Shown: one piece after another, positions 1 to 8,701 of the stretch
How the letters are laid out: the number at the start of each line of letters is the position of its first letter
How positions within the stretch are numbered: position 1 is the stretch's first letter
NCBI GenBank assembly: GCA_965199495.1
Contig: CBDASK010000003.1
Coordinates: forward strand, 1,888,001 to 1,952,000
DNA from: Abditibacterium sp.
GTDB lineage: Bacteria; Armatimonadota; Abditibacteriia; Abditibacteriales; Abditibacteriaceae
DNA length: 64,000 nucleotides
Reading direction: 5' to 3'
Notes under the pieces: model-generated
The model's database searches: none
Told to the model about the DNA's origin: nothing
What the model saw: the letters and a program-made list of their open reading frames with translations, nothing else
Program-made: the position numbers and the translations under genes

Positions 1-22
1 GGGATTGAGTAGTTCGTGCCAT
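1..22 (-). CDS. 5' end of a gene running off the window edge (MARTTQS...), possibly ftsA by position
   Basis: CAT at 20-22 with an open frame to the edge, downstream of the ftsQ-like gene; only 7 codons are visible, so identity is positional inference. Confidence 0.25.
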
Positions 23-79
23 CGCGCCTGTGTTGTTATTTTGAGGCACGGAACGCGTGTGCAATTGAACAGCATTGCC

Positions 80-227
80 TTGCCCCTTATCTTTGCTTTT
101 GCCTCCGTAGAGACACCGACTTGTCGTGTCTAAAACGCTGAAGTCGCCATGATATTGAGGCGAATCTTACGTTTTAGACACGACAAGTCGGTGTCTCTAC
201 GGAGGCAAAAGCAAAGATAAGGGGCAA
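80..227. repeat. Perfect 58-bp inverted repeat containing a GTAG-type REP (GTAGAGACACCGACTTGTCGTGTCT); REP doublet
   Basis: 80-137 is the exact reverse complement of 170-227; related to the repeat at 53222-53329. Confidence 0.9.
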
Positions 228-243
228 AACAAAGAATTACGAT

Positions 244-1617
244 TTAATCCCGCGTCGTCACAGCCAAATCTTGGCTGGTCGCTTCGCCATTCACAGTTTC
301 CGCGTCCGATTTCTCCCCTTCAACTTTGGGACTCCAGCGCGGGTGTTCGCTCGAAACCAAATCTAACTCGCTGGCCTGTCGTCCGGTGCGATCAAAATAG
401 GCGAGGGCCACGCGCGCCTGTTTGAGCTTGGCGGGCCAATCCTCTTCGCCCAGACGAATCAGCATTTCGGAGTGCGCTTTGAGGTTGCCGCTATCGCCGA
501 GGCGTAAAGCGGCGGCGCCATCTTTATCGAGATAAACGCGGCGCAAACTCCAATATTTATCACCATTTGCGCCGCCCTTTTCTTTGGCGGCCAGAGCGTT
601 ATCAGCGTCGAGCGCACTCGCCAATTCGCGGGCGCGCTTCCAAGTGTCGGCGGGCAACGGCTTGCCGGTTTGCGGTTTGAATTGGTCGGATGTCAGCCTG
701 TCCAGCGCACTATCGTTGCGATTGGCGCGACGAAACGCGACGCCCTGCGCGTCGGCGACCCACCAGGTCGTGCCGTAGCCGACCTGCAAAATCGGTTGGC
801 GCTCGACGATTGTGGCGCGCATATGCGGCGGCCATGTCCAGGCGCGCTCGATGTGCGCGCTTTTGATGGTCGGAATCGCGGCGATGGCGGCTTCGACCTG
901 CGCGCGCGGCGCGCGAAAGATGTTTTTGCCGATAAGTTTCTGCGCCAACGCCTCGACGGGCGCGCTCGGCGTCTCGCGTAGGCCGCTGACTTCGACTTTC
1001 GCGACCTCGAACTGCGGCGCCGTCAGCGCCGTCACGGCGCCCCAACCCGCTAAACCCAGCACGCCCACCAGCAAAACGCGTCCGACGAAACGGCGCATGC
1101 GCGCGCGTTTGCGCGCGAGGGCCGCGCGCGCCATCGAATTTTGCGCCGCTCTGTCCCAATCGTTTTGCGGCCCGGTTTCGCCGCCGGGCGCTGGATGAAT
1201 CGGTGTGTGGGCGACCGTATGCGGCTTTTTCTCGTGATGATGCGGCGCGTGCGGTTCCAGTTGGCGCCGCGCGCGCCGCGACTGCGCACCGCGATACTTA
1301 CGCGATGGTGGCGCCGACTGAGCGCTCGCGTCGCGCGGCAAAGGCTGAAACAGATCGGTTCGCTGCTCGCGCGGTGGCTCCAGTTCGGCGTCTTCGCCGC
1401 TCGCATCGGGAATTATATTGGGCAACGCATCGAACGACGATTGCGACGCATCCGAGTCCAAATCGCGCGCGACTTCTCCGGCTCGAAACCGCTCGGCAGG
1501 CGTTTTCAGCCGCCGCTCCGCAAGAGGAGCCACGTCGGACATATCGATTTCGGGCGGGTTGTTTTGGAACGGAGAGCGGGACGAAAACTGTGACATGGCG
1601 GCTATGGTTGAAAGCAA
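244..1617 (-). CDS. ftsQ: Cell division protein FtsQ/DivIB-like with a long low-complexity N-terminus
   Basis: Basic patch, single TM (VLLVGVLGLAGWGAV), POTRA-like FEVAKVEVSG...IPTIKSAHIERAWTWP...IVERQP, VADAQG and a C-terminal LDL motif; start uncertain. Confidence 0.75.
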   Translation of the reverse strand: MLSTIAAMSQFSSRSPFQNNPPEIDMSDVAPLAERRLKTPAERFRAGEVARDLDSDASQSSFDALPNIIPDASGEDAELEPPREQRTDLFQPLPRDASAQSAPPSRKYRGAQSRRARRQLEPHAPHHHEKKPHTVAHTPIHPAPGGETGPQNDWDRAAQNSMARAALARKRARMRRFVGRVLLVGVLGLAGWGAVTALTAPQFEVAKVEVSGLRETPSAPVEALAQKLIGKNIFRAPRAQVEAAIAAIPTIKSAHIERAWTWPPHMRATIVERQPILQVGYGTTWWVADAQGVAFRRANRNDSALDRLTSDQFKPQTGKPLPADTWKRARELASALDADNALAAKEKGGANGDKYWSLRRVYLDKDGAAALRLGDSGNLKAHSEMLIRLGEEDWPAKLKQARVALAYFDRTGRQASELDLVSSEHPRWSPKVEGEKSDAETVNGEATSQDLAVTTRD

Positions 1618-1750
1618 CGAGCGAAGGGGACGATGTGCAGACGTGCCTTCTTATTTTGCCAGAGAATCGAGCATCGTGCGCGAAAAATAGAAATTACAGC
1701 CGATTAAATTTTACAATTTGTTCAGGCCTCACTGCTCAAAGCAGAGGGTT

Positions 1751-4252
1751 TCACAAAATCGTCAGCGCGTCCACGTCAACTGTCAAACCTTCTTTCTCTT
1801 CGCGCGGCAAATCGTCGTAAATTTGGAGTCTGCGATGCAGACGGGGCCGCGAACGGTCGCGCAGCAACAGATGAAACCGAAACTTATTCTTGACGCGCGC
1901 CAGAGGGCAAGAAACCGGCCCCAACAAATCGGTGCCCGGCTCGCGAACAATCGCCGCCTGAAAGCGCGCCGCCAGCCGTTCGAGTTTGGTGCGCGCCGTG
2001 GCTTCGTCTTCGTGGCTGGAAATGACGTTGACGACGTGCGAAAACGGCGGATTGGGAATCATTTCGCGATTCTCGATTTCCTGCGCGACAAACGTCGCGA
2101 AATCGTGTTGCGCTGCCGTCGTAATCGCGATGTCGTCGGCGGCCAAAGTCTGCACCAAAACGCGCCCCGGCGTCGCGCCGCGCCCGGCGCGCCCGGCGAC
2201 TTGCGCCAACAATTGAAACGTGCGCTCACTCGCCCGAAAATCCGGCACGTTGAGCGCGGTATCGGCGGAAATGACGCCGACCAAAGTCACACGCGGGAAA
2301 TCCAAACCTTTGGTCACCATCTGCGTGCCGATCAAAACCTGCGCGCGGCCCGCGCGAAAATCGCCCAAAATTTGGCCGTGCGCGCCTTTGTTAGAAGTCG
2401 TATCGCGATCCAAACGCAATGATTTAATGCCGCGTAGTCCGCGCTCGGCGAACAGTTCGTCCACGGCTTTCTCGACTTTTTCCGTTCCCGAACCCGAAAA
2501 TGACAGCATCCAACCGTCGCAAACCGGGCAGTGCCCCGGCACGGGCGCGACGTGATCGCAGTGATGGCAACGCAACGTGCCCTCGGCTTTGTGGTGCGTG
2601 AGCGAAACGTCGCAATTGGGGCATTTTTCGGCGTGACCGCAGCCCAGACATTGCACGTAAGTCGCGAAGCCGCGCCGGTTGAGAAACAGAATCGCCTGTT
2701 CGCCGTTGCTCACCGTGGCGCACAACTCGTCTTTGAGCCGCTTCGACAAAACCGGCAAGGCGCCCTGCTGCGCTTCCGATGTCATATCCACGATTTCGAC
2801 GGCGGGCATCGCGCGATTTTCTACGCGCTTACGCATCATAACGTGACGATATTCGCCGCGCGTGGCGCGCGCGAACGATTCCAGACTCGGCGTGGCTGAT
2901 CCGAGCAGCAAGACCGCGCCTTCGAGGGCGCACCGGCGCAACGCGATTTCGCGCGCGTGATAGCGCGGCGCTTTGTCCTGTTTATAGGAGCCGTCGTGCT
3001 CCTCGTCAATAATAATCAGGCCGACGTTGCGAAGCGGCGCGAAAATCGCCGAGCGTGCGCCCACCACAATCGGCGCGTCGCCGCGTCCCGCACGGCGCCA
3101 TTCATCGAAGCGTTCGCCCGCCGACAACGCCGAATGCAAAATCGCGACTTTGCTGCCGAAGCGCTTCTGAAAAATCTCGACCGTCTGCGCCGTCAAAGCG
3201 ATTTCGGGTACCAGCAATAACGCGTTTTTGCCCAACTCCAGACATTTCTCGATGGCCGCCAGATAAACCTCGGTTTTGCCCGAAGCCGTCACGCCCTGCA
3301 GCAAAACGGTTTGCGGCGCGCCGTGATTGCATAGCGAATCGGCGATTTGCGCGACGGCGTTCGCCTGTTCATCGGTGAAAACCACGTTTTTCGCTTGCGG
3401 ATGCACCACGCCGTTGGGCAAACGCAGCGATTCGATCTGCTCGATGGCGACCAAACCACGCGCCGCCAGCGAACGAATCGCGCCCGAATCCACGCCCGCT
3501 TCGCGATGCAATTGCGGAATCGGCAGCCAATCGTGGGTGCGCGCGGCGATGGGAGCCAATTTACACAACGCTTCGGCTTGTTTGGGAGCGCGCTTGCTCA
3601 ATGCAGCCACGGCGTCCGGGTCGGCCAACAAATCCAATCCGGCGCGCGCGATTTTGACTGACGAAACCAACTTGGCGCGCACCGGAGGGCGCGGCGCTTC
3701 GCTCGAAATCGCCAAAACGCCCGTTTCGCACAAACGGCGCAGTTGGTCGGGTTCCGCCGTGCCGCCGATTGCTTTGCCGATTTCCTTGGCGTTCAACGGC
3801 TTTTTGGCTTCCCAAATCGCGTTGGCAATCGAGAACAATTTGGGCGTGCGACTCAAATCGCGCAATGCTCGCAGCGGTTCTGGGGCCACGATTTGATAGT
3901 GCATATCGAGCGCCGGAGTCGCGCCCGCCGGAATCCATCCGGCCAGAGCATCGGGCAAAGGACAATGATAATACGCGCTCATCCAACGCGCGATTTTAAG
4001 CGCCAATTCGTCGAATAACGGTTCGTCGCTCAGGCGCGCGTCAATTGTTTTGAGTTGCGAAACGTCGAAATCGAGTTGGTCGGTGAAACCAGTGATAAAC
4101 CCGACGGCGCGCCCACGGCGGAGCGGCACCACGACCGGTTGGCCGATTTGCCAATCGCCGATGCCGGGCGATAACGCGTAAGTCAATTCCGTGTCGAGAC
4201 CCGCGATGGTGCGTTCGAGCGAGATCAATCCGTAACGGGCGGGCGCGGGCAT
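1751..4252 (-). CDS. priA: Primosomal protein N' (PriA helicase)
   Basis: GVTASGKTEVY, LVPEIALT, IIIDEEHD, Cys clusters (CLGC, CPNC, CHHC, CPVC), QVAGRAGR. Confidence 0.95.
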   Translation of the reverse strand: MPAPARYGLISLERTIAGLDTELTYALSPGIGDWQIGQPVVVPLRRGRAVGFITGFTDQLDFDVSQLKTIDARLSDEPLFDELALKIARWMSAYYHCPLPDALAGWIPAGATPALDMHYQIVAPEPLRALRDLSRTPKLFSIANAIWEAKKPLNAKEIGKAIGGTAEPDQLRRLCETGVLAISSEAPRPPVRAKLVSSVKIARAGLDLLADPDAVAALSKRAPKQAEALCKLAPIAARTHDWLPIPQLHREAGVDSGAIRSLAARGLVAIEQIESLRLPNGVVHPQAKNVVFTDEQANAVAQIADSLCNHGAPQTVLLQGVTASGKTEVYLAAIEKCLELGKNALLLVPEIALTAQTVEIFQKRFGSKVAILHSALSAGERFDEWRRAGRGDAPIVVGARSAIFAPLRNVGLIIIDEEHDGSYKQDKAPRYHAREIALRRCALEGAVLLLGSATPSLESFARATRGEYRHVMMRKRVENRAMPAVEIVDMTSEAQQGALPVLSKRLKDELCATVSNGEQAILFLNRRGFATYVQCLGCGHAEKCPNCDVSLTHHKAEGTLRCHHCDHVAPVPGHCPVCDGWMLSFSGSGTEKVEKAVDELFAERGLRGIKSLRLDRDTTSNKGAHGQILGDFRAGRAQVLIGTQMVTKGLDFPRVTLVGVISADTALNVPDFRASERTFQLLAQVAGRAGRGATPGRVLVQTLAADDIAITTAAQHDFATFVAQEIENREMIPNPPFSHVVNVISSHEDEATARTKLERLAARFQAAIVREPGTDLLGPVSCPLARVKNKFRFHLLLRDRSRPRLHRRLQIYDDLPREEKEGLTVDVDALTIL

Positions 4253-4359
4253 GAGTGGGAGAGTTTATCGTTCTACCAAAACGCAGAACTAAACCTACAA
4301 TGGGACGCCGTAACGCCCGCACAAGCGCCGCCTTTTCTAATTTAGATTTGCTCGCAAAA

Positions 4360-4396
4360 CGCAAAAAGGACGAACCCGAAGGCTCGTCCTTTTGCG
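4360..4396. terminator. Intrinsic terminator-like hairpin downstream of the Met-rich protein gene
   Basis: cgcaaaaaggacga...tcgtccttttgcg stem with A/T tracts. Confidence 0.65.
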
Positions 4397-4411
4397 ATGG
4401 CTAAACGGAAT

Positions 4412-5422
4412 TTACATTCCGTTGTTCATCATCGTGCCGTTGCTATTCATCATGGTGCCGTTATCCATAGCGCCATTATTCATCGTACCGTTGTTCATCA
4501 TGGCGCCGTTGTCCATAGTGCCGCCCATGTTATTGGTCATGTTGTAGGGCATATAACCCATCGAGTTGGTTTCGGTGCTCAAGTCTTTGGGCGGCTTGCC
4601 ACCTAAAAAGTTGATGTTGAAACCAAGCAGTGGTTTGCGGTTCGACATAACCTTGCCAAAGCCCAAGGGGCCAAGCGTTTGGCCATTCACCGAAATGCTA
4701 TTGGCAGCCACGCGCTTATCGAAGGGGCTGACAACACCGTAAAGCGGGGACTCTTCGTAGCCGCGAACAACGATTTCAGAGTTAGCCAGCAACGGCGTAA
4801 TGCCGGTGGGCGAAGTCGAAGCCTGCACCAAACGGTTGGAATCCGGGACGCGCACCAAAGTTTTGTTATCCAGAACCAGACCCAAAACTTCGCCGTTCAT
4901 CGGGTCGGCCAGATAGCCGGTCAATTTGCCCGACAAAGTCATCTCTTTGGTACCGATTTGAATGTAGGGCGTGGCCTTCAAAACGTCAATCGGGCTGATG
5001 TTGGACGGCATCATCATCGTGGACGGAGTGGGCATATCGGGGCCAACGCCAGCCAAATCATAGTTGGTCATTTTGCCCATCATGCTCGAAGTTACGTAAA
5101 CGCTGGCGCTCGATCCAACCGGATAAAGCGCGGTCACGCGCTGCGCCATCGAAGGCGAAAAGCGCACCATTTTGACGCCATCGGCGGTTTGCACGTCCAT
5201 CGCGCTGACGTATCCGGCGCGATCCACGTAATAATTCTGCACGGTGCCCGAAACCATCATCGGCATCATCGTCGGCGTAGTCATGGTCGAGTTCATCATC
5301 GAACCATCGTTCATCATCGTGCCGTTGTCCATCATCGAGCCCTGCGCCTGAACGCCCGTAGCGCCAGCGAAAGCCATCGCGGTCATTGCAGTTCCAATTG
5401 TCAGTTTCTTGAGTAGTGTCAT
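4412..5422 (-). CDS. Secreted Met-rich protein with M(D/N)NG(T/A)M repeats at both ends
   Basis: Start MTLLKK at 5422 after a GGAG RBS; signal peptide ending VQAQ; repeats MMDNGTMMNDGSMM and MDNGAMMNNGTMNNGAMDNGTMM. Confidence 0.8.
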   Translation of the reverse strand: MTLLKKLTIGTAMTAMAFAGATGVQAQGSMMDNGTMMNDGSMMNSTMTTPTMMPMMVSGTVQNYYVDRAGYVSAMDVQTADGVKMVRFSPSMAQRVTALYPVGSSASVYVTSSMMGKMTNYDLAGVGPDMPTPSTMMMPSNISPIDVLKATPYIQIGTKEMTLSGKLTGYLADPMNGEVLGLVLDNKTLVRVPDSNRLVQASTSPTGITPLLANSEIVVRGYEESPLYGVVSPFDKRVAANSISVNGQTLGPLGFGKVMSNRKPLLGFNINFLGGKPPKDLSTETNSMGYMPYNMTNNMGGTMDNGAMMNNGTMNNGAMDNGTMMNSNGTMMNNGM

Positions 5423-5541
5423 TTTATTTTCTCCGTGAGGATTTTCTGCCGTCTCACACTTTAATTCTTTTAAAATAAAAGTGCAAGCGACAAGTCGGTT
5501 GAGGTGACTTGCAAATGGAAGACCAATTGCGGATGCCGAAA

Positions 5542-6258
5542 TTACACTCCGCGTTTGTTGCCCCACAGCAAAACGTGGAGTTGCGGCGTCAGCGTCACGT
5601 CGAACCACTTCTCCCGCGCGCACCGTTCCAGCAACCACTCCAATTTTTGCGTCAACGCGGCGTTGTCGGCGTTCTGGCCAGTCATCACCGAATCGTTGCC
5701 GATGGATAAATAAAATGGCACATCAGAATGCAACTCGTAAACGCGGCGCGCGAACCCGAAATCGGCTTCATCGAATACGACAATTTTAATCGAAATCTGC
5801 GTATTTTTCGTTCCGCCGCGCGCGATTTCCAGACAGCGCGCCAAATTTTCCGCCGAAAACTCCATTTTCGACGACGGCGGCTTGGGCGACAAAACCAGAT
5901 GATCCAATTCGCCCAACCAATCGGGCGCTTTGGACGCCTGCGTTTCGAGCGCGAACGTGTGTCCGCGCGCGTGTCCGATTTCCAACAGCTCGCGCAGTGG
6001 CTGCAACGCTGGGTTGCCGCCCGAAAGCGTGATTAGAATCGGTGCGCCGCCGCTCAACCGTTCGACTTCTTCGAGAATTGCGGGCGCACCCATTTTTGTC
6101 CAATCGCTTTTGTGTTCGGGCAAAACAGCGTAAAGCGTATCGCACCATTGGCAACGAAAATCGCAGCCACCGGTGCGCACAAAAACCGTCGGGCGCCCGA
6201 TGAGCGCGCCCTCGCCTTGAATCGTTGGGCCGAAAATTTCGGAAATTAAAATCGACAT
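5542..6258 (-). CDS. queE: 7-carboxy-7-deazaguanine synthase (radical SAM)
   Basis: EIFGPTIQGEG, CDFRCQWCDT (CxxxCxxC), SGGNP, LSPKPPSS, PQLHVLLWG. Confidence 0.93.
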   Translation of the reverse strand: MSILISEIFGPTIQGEGALIGRPTVFVRTGGCDFRCQWCDTLYAVLPEHKSDWTKMGAPAILEEVERLSGGAPILITLSGGNPALQPLRELLEIGHARGHTFALETQASKAPDWLGELDHLVLSPKPPSSKMEFSAENLARCLEIARGGTKNTQISIKIVVFDEADFGFARRVYELHSDVPFYLSIGNDSVMTGQNADNAALTQKLEWLLERCAREKWFDVTLTPQLHVLLWGNKRGV

Positions 6259-6280
6259 TGGCTGAACTTGATACTTTTAG

Positions 6281-6300
6281 TTTGACGAGAACACGTCAAA
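6281..6300. promoter_or_regulatory. Perfect palindrome TTTGACG-N6-CGTCAAA between queE and the divergent RAPP leader; putative operator or back-to-back -35 boxes
   Basis: tttgacgagaacacgtcaaa; TTGACG at 6282-6287 is followed 18 nt later by CATACT (6306-6311). Confidence 0.45.
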
Positions 6301-6317
6301 TAGAGCATACTCCCCCG

Positions 6318-6758
6318 GTGCATAATAATTGGGGCAGAATCTGGCTAAGCGCGGCGTTATTGCTGTTGTCCGGCCTGTCGTCGCCCCTGACGTGGCTGGC
6401 CTCGGCGGCTCCGTCACCATGCGCGATGCCGTGTTGTTGCCCGCAAGCAGCGATGGCAGCAGCCACGCCGTACGCACCGTGTTGCCAAATGCAGCCCGCG
6501 CCGTTGCCAATCGGCGTCGCGATTGTCGCTCCGGCGCGCGCGAGTTGGAGCAAAGCGTCGCTCGACGCGATTGCCGCTCCCGCGATTGCCGTTTCCACGC
6601 CGAAATTCACTTTTACTGCGTCTGCGCCGCTAATTTTCCCCGCCGAATCCGCAATTTCTCCATCTAATGCGGCGGAGCGGCGGATTTATTCTTGTCGCGC
6701 TCCACCTGCAAATGGCGGACATTTACTAACGCTTCAAGAAGGAGGAAAACTCACATGA
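6318..6758 (+). CDS. DUF2946/CruR-like leader: hydrophobic N-terminus, Cys clusters, RAPP motif
   Basis: WLSAALLLLSGLSSPLTWLA, CAMPCCC, PCCQM, Ala/Pro linker, SCRAPP (codons 6696-6707); in-frame GTG at 6318 chosen as start (uncertain). Confidence 0.6.
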   Translation: MHNNWGRIWLSAALLLLSGLSSPLTWLASAAPSPCAMPCCCPQAAMAAATPYAPCCQMQPAPLPIGVAIVAPARASWSKASLDAIAAPAIAVSTPKFTFTASAPLIFPAESAISPSNAAERRIYSCRAPPANGGHLLTLQEGGKLT

Positions 6759-6853
6759 TTATCGAACTCACCGTAATGGCGTCCGATTGCTGCGAAGGTT
6801 GCGGCGGAAGCTGCTCCGACGGCACCTGCACTTGCAACTGCTGCGGCAAATAG
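6755..6853 (+). CDS. Metallothionein-like peptide MIIELTVMASDCCEGCGGSCSDGTCTCNCCGK (32 aa, 8 Cys)
   Basis: Translated by hand; AAGGAGG SD at 6739-6745; ATG 6755 overlaps the upstream TGA (ATGA); TAG at 6851-6853; followed by a terminator. Confidence 0.8.
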   Translation: MIIELTVMASDCCEGCGGSCSDGTCTCNCCGK

Positions 6854-6865
6854 GCCCACACAACT

Positions 6866-6905
6866 CAACGCCTCGCAATCCAAAAGATGCGGGGCGTTGT
6901 TTTTT
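6866..6905 (+). terminator. Intrinsic terminator after the metallothionein-like ORF
   Basis: caacgcctcgca...tgcggggcgttg followed by a T-run. Confidence 0.7.
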
Positions 6906-7428
6906 AGTTCAGCAAATCGCGTTGCCGCAAAAATTCATGCAACGGATGAGCGGGCGCCGTATGGGCGGCGACGGCTTGAGCAAAGCCGCGCGGGTCTCGC
7001 AAAATAAGAGGAATTGAAATACGTTTGCCGTTTGCCATCGAAATGACAGCGTAGGGCAAAAAGAACCACTTGAGTTCGACACCAACGATTTGCGACCATA
7101 CAAATTCGCGCCACGCAAACCATCTGTCGAGAATAATAATTCCTTGGGCGCTTACCTCAACTGACAGCGCCCACATAAAGCACAAACACAATAAAAGTTC
7201 CGTCGCCGTCAGGAGAGCTATCGCAGTGACCATCGCCATATAAAAATCAGCCGTGCGGAACATAAACACCGGGCGAATCATAACTCCAATCACAATGGCC
7301 GAAGGCACCACGACTTGAAGAAATACGGCGAAGAAATACGGCAGAAATCGGCGTTGAAACTTCAGAACTCCACCCGCTTCGGGTTGGCTTTTCTGTGTTT
7401 CGTGCGGATCGGCGATGGGCGGTTTCAT
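6904..7428 (-). CDS. Membrane protein (2 TM + soluble C-terminal domain); paralog of 7432-7959
   Basis: Two hydrophobic segments; REFVWSQI; IPLILRD...HPLHEFL. Confidence 0.65.
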   Translation of the reverse strand: MKPPIADPHETQKSQPEAGGVLKFQRRFLPYFFAVFLQVVVPSAIVIGVMIRPVFMFRTADFYMAMVTAIALLTATELLLCLCFMWALSVEVSAQGIIILDRWFAWREFVWSQIVGVELKWFFLPYAVISMANGKRISIPLILRDPRGFAQAVAAHTAPAHPLHEFLRQRDLLN

Positions 7429-7431
7429 CGC

Positions 7432-7959
7432 TCAAGTTTCGTCATTCTCAAAGAACGCGCGCAACGCGCAAGTCGGCGGCGCCCACTGCTTCACCAAACT
7501 TTCAAATTCGCCTTGTTCGCGTAAAAATAGCGGAAGCCAGATGATATTACGACAGTTCGGCGTCGAGAGCCGGGCGAATCGCGTAAAAAATAGCCAGCGA
7601 ATTGGCGCGACTTTGACGATTTCGTCCCACGAAACCTCGCGTGCTTGTCCCCAGAAGTTACGCGCGCGCAGACCGTTTTGGTTGACGATAACCGGAAAAC
7701 AGCGCGAGACAATCGCTGCCACCAAAACACCGCCGACCGCGATTTTAAGCGCCAACAACAACGCGAAGACAAAGCGCAAATGGCTCGGCCCCTGCCACAA
7801 CAGTAGCAACAGCGGCCACGCGCCCGGCACGGTTTGCGACAACGCGAACGGTGTGAATTCCAGCCGAAACGCGCGCCCGGCAAAACCGCCGCGCGGCGCG
7901 AGCGCGCGATAAATCGCGGGGCCAATCGAATTTGCTCGCATGAAAATTGGGGCCGACAA
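7432..7959 (-). CDS. Membrane protein; paralog of 6904-7428
   Basis: Hydrophobic segments; REVSWDEI; LPLFLRE...CALRAFF; abuts queC. Confidence 0.6.
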   Translation of the reverse strand: MSAPIFMRANSIGPAIYRALAPRGGFAGRAFRLEFTPFALSQTVPGAWPLLLLLWQGPSHLRFVFALLLALKIAVGGVLVAAIVSRCFPVIVNQNGLRARNFWGQAREVSWDEIVKVAPIRWLFFTRFARLSTPNCRNIIWLPLFLREQGEFESLVKQWAPPTCALRAFFENDET

Positions 7960-7960
7960 T

Positions 7961-8629
7961 TTACGAGTAAATCGTCGGGTCGCTCACGCCCGCATCGCGA
8001 AACGCTTCGATGCGTTCGACGCACGTCCCGCATTTACCGCAGTGCAAAGAGCCGCCTTCGTAGCAGCTCCACGTTTTCTCGAACGGCACGCCCAGACGCG
8101 CGCCCTCGCGCACGATGCCAGTTTTATCGGTCTGGGTAAAGGGAGCGTAAAGTTCCAGATCGGGCGCGCCAAAACCTTGATTGGCCAATTTTTCCATCTG
8201 CTCGAACGATTCGATAAACGCCGGGCGGCAATCGGGATAAACGAAATGATCGCCGCCGTGAACGCCAATCGCCACACAATTCGCATTACACGCGACCGCC
8301 GCGCCGTAAGCCAGCGCCAGAAAAATCGCGTTGCGATTGGGCACAACCGTAATTGACATATTGGGCGCCGCGTAATGTCCGTGCGGTACCGCGATATTTT
8401 CATCCGTCAAAGCCGAGCCGCCGATGAGCCTGCCGAAATTACTCAAATCAACGATGTCGAAATCGGCACCTAAATCTTGCGCGCAAACACGGGCAAATTC
8501 GAGTTCTTTACGGTGTTTCTGTCCGTAATCGAAGGCGAGCAGATGCAAATCATAACGTTGCGAATGGAGCGAATAAGCGAGCGTGACCGAATCGAGGCCG
8601 CCCGAAACAATGGCGATGGCGCGTGGCAT
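7961..8629 (-). CDS. queC: 7-cyano-7-deazaguanine synthase
   Basis: SGGLDS, FDYGQKH, VPNRNAIF, YPDCRP, TWSCY, HCGKCGTC. Confidence 0.95.
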   Translation of the reverse strand: MPRAIAIVSGGLDSVTLAYSLHSQRYDLHLLAFDYGQKHRKELEFARVCAQDLGADFDIVDLSNFGRLIGGSALTDENIAVPHGHYAAPNMSITVVPNRNAIFLALAYGAAVACNANCVAIGVHGGDHFVYPDCRPAFIESFEQMEKLANQGFGAPDLELYAPFTQTDKTGIVREGARLGVPFEKTWSCYEGGSLHCGKCGTCVERIEAFRDAGVSDPTIYS

Positions 8630-8701
8630 AAAAGATAGTTTGAACGATTCGCGCGTGTTCGGGACTTTCGCAACTTTACTATCCTAAAGAACCACAAAAT
8701 T

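Noticed and set aside
5542..8629. queC/queE as a 7-deazaguanine DNA-modification (dpd) system
   Set aside because: No dpdA/tgt-like or other dpd genes nearby; ordinary queuosine precursor synthesis is the simpler reading
8630..8701. preQ1 riboswitch upstream of queC
   Set aside because: No recognisable aptamer with an A-rich tail in this short divergent gap
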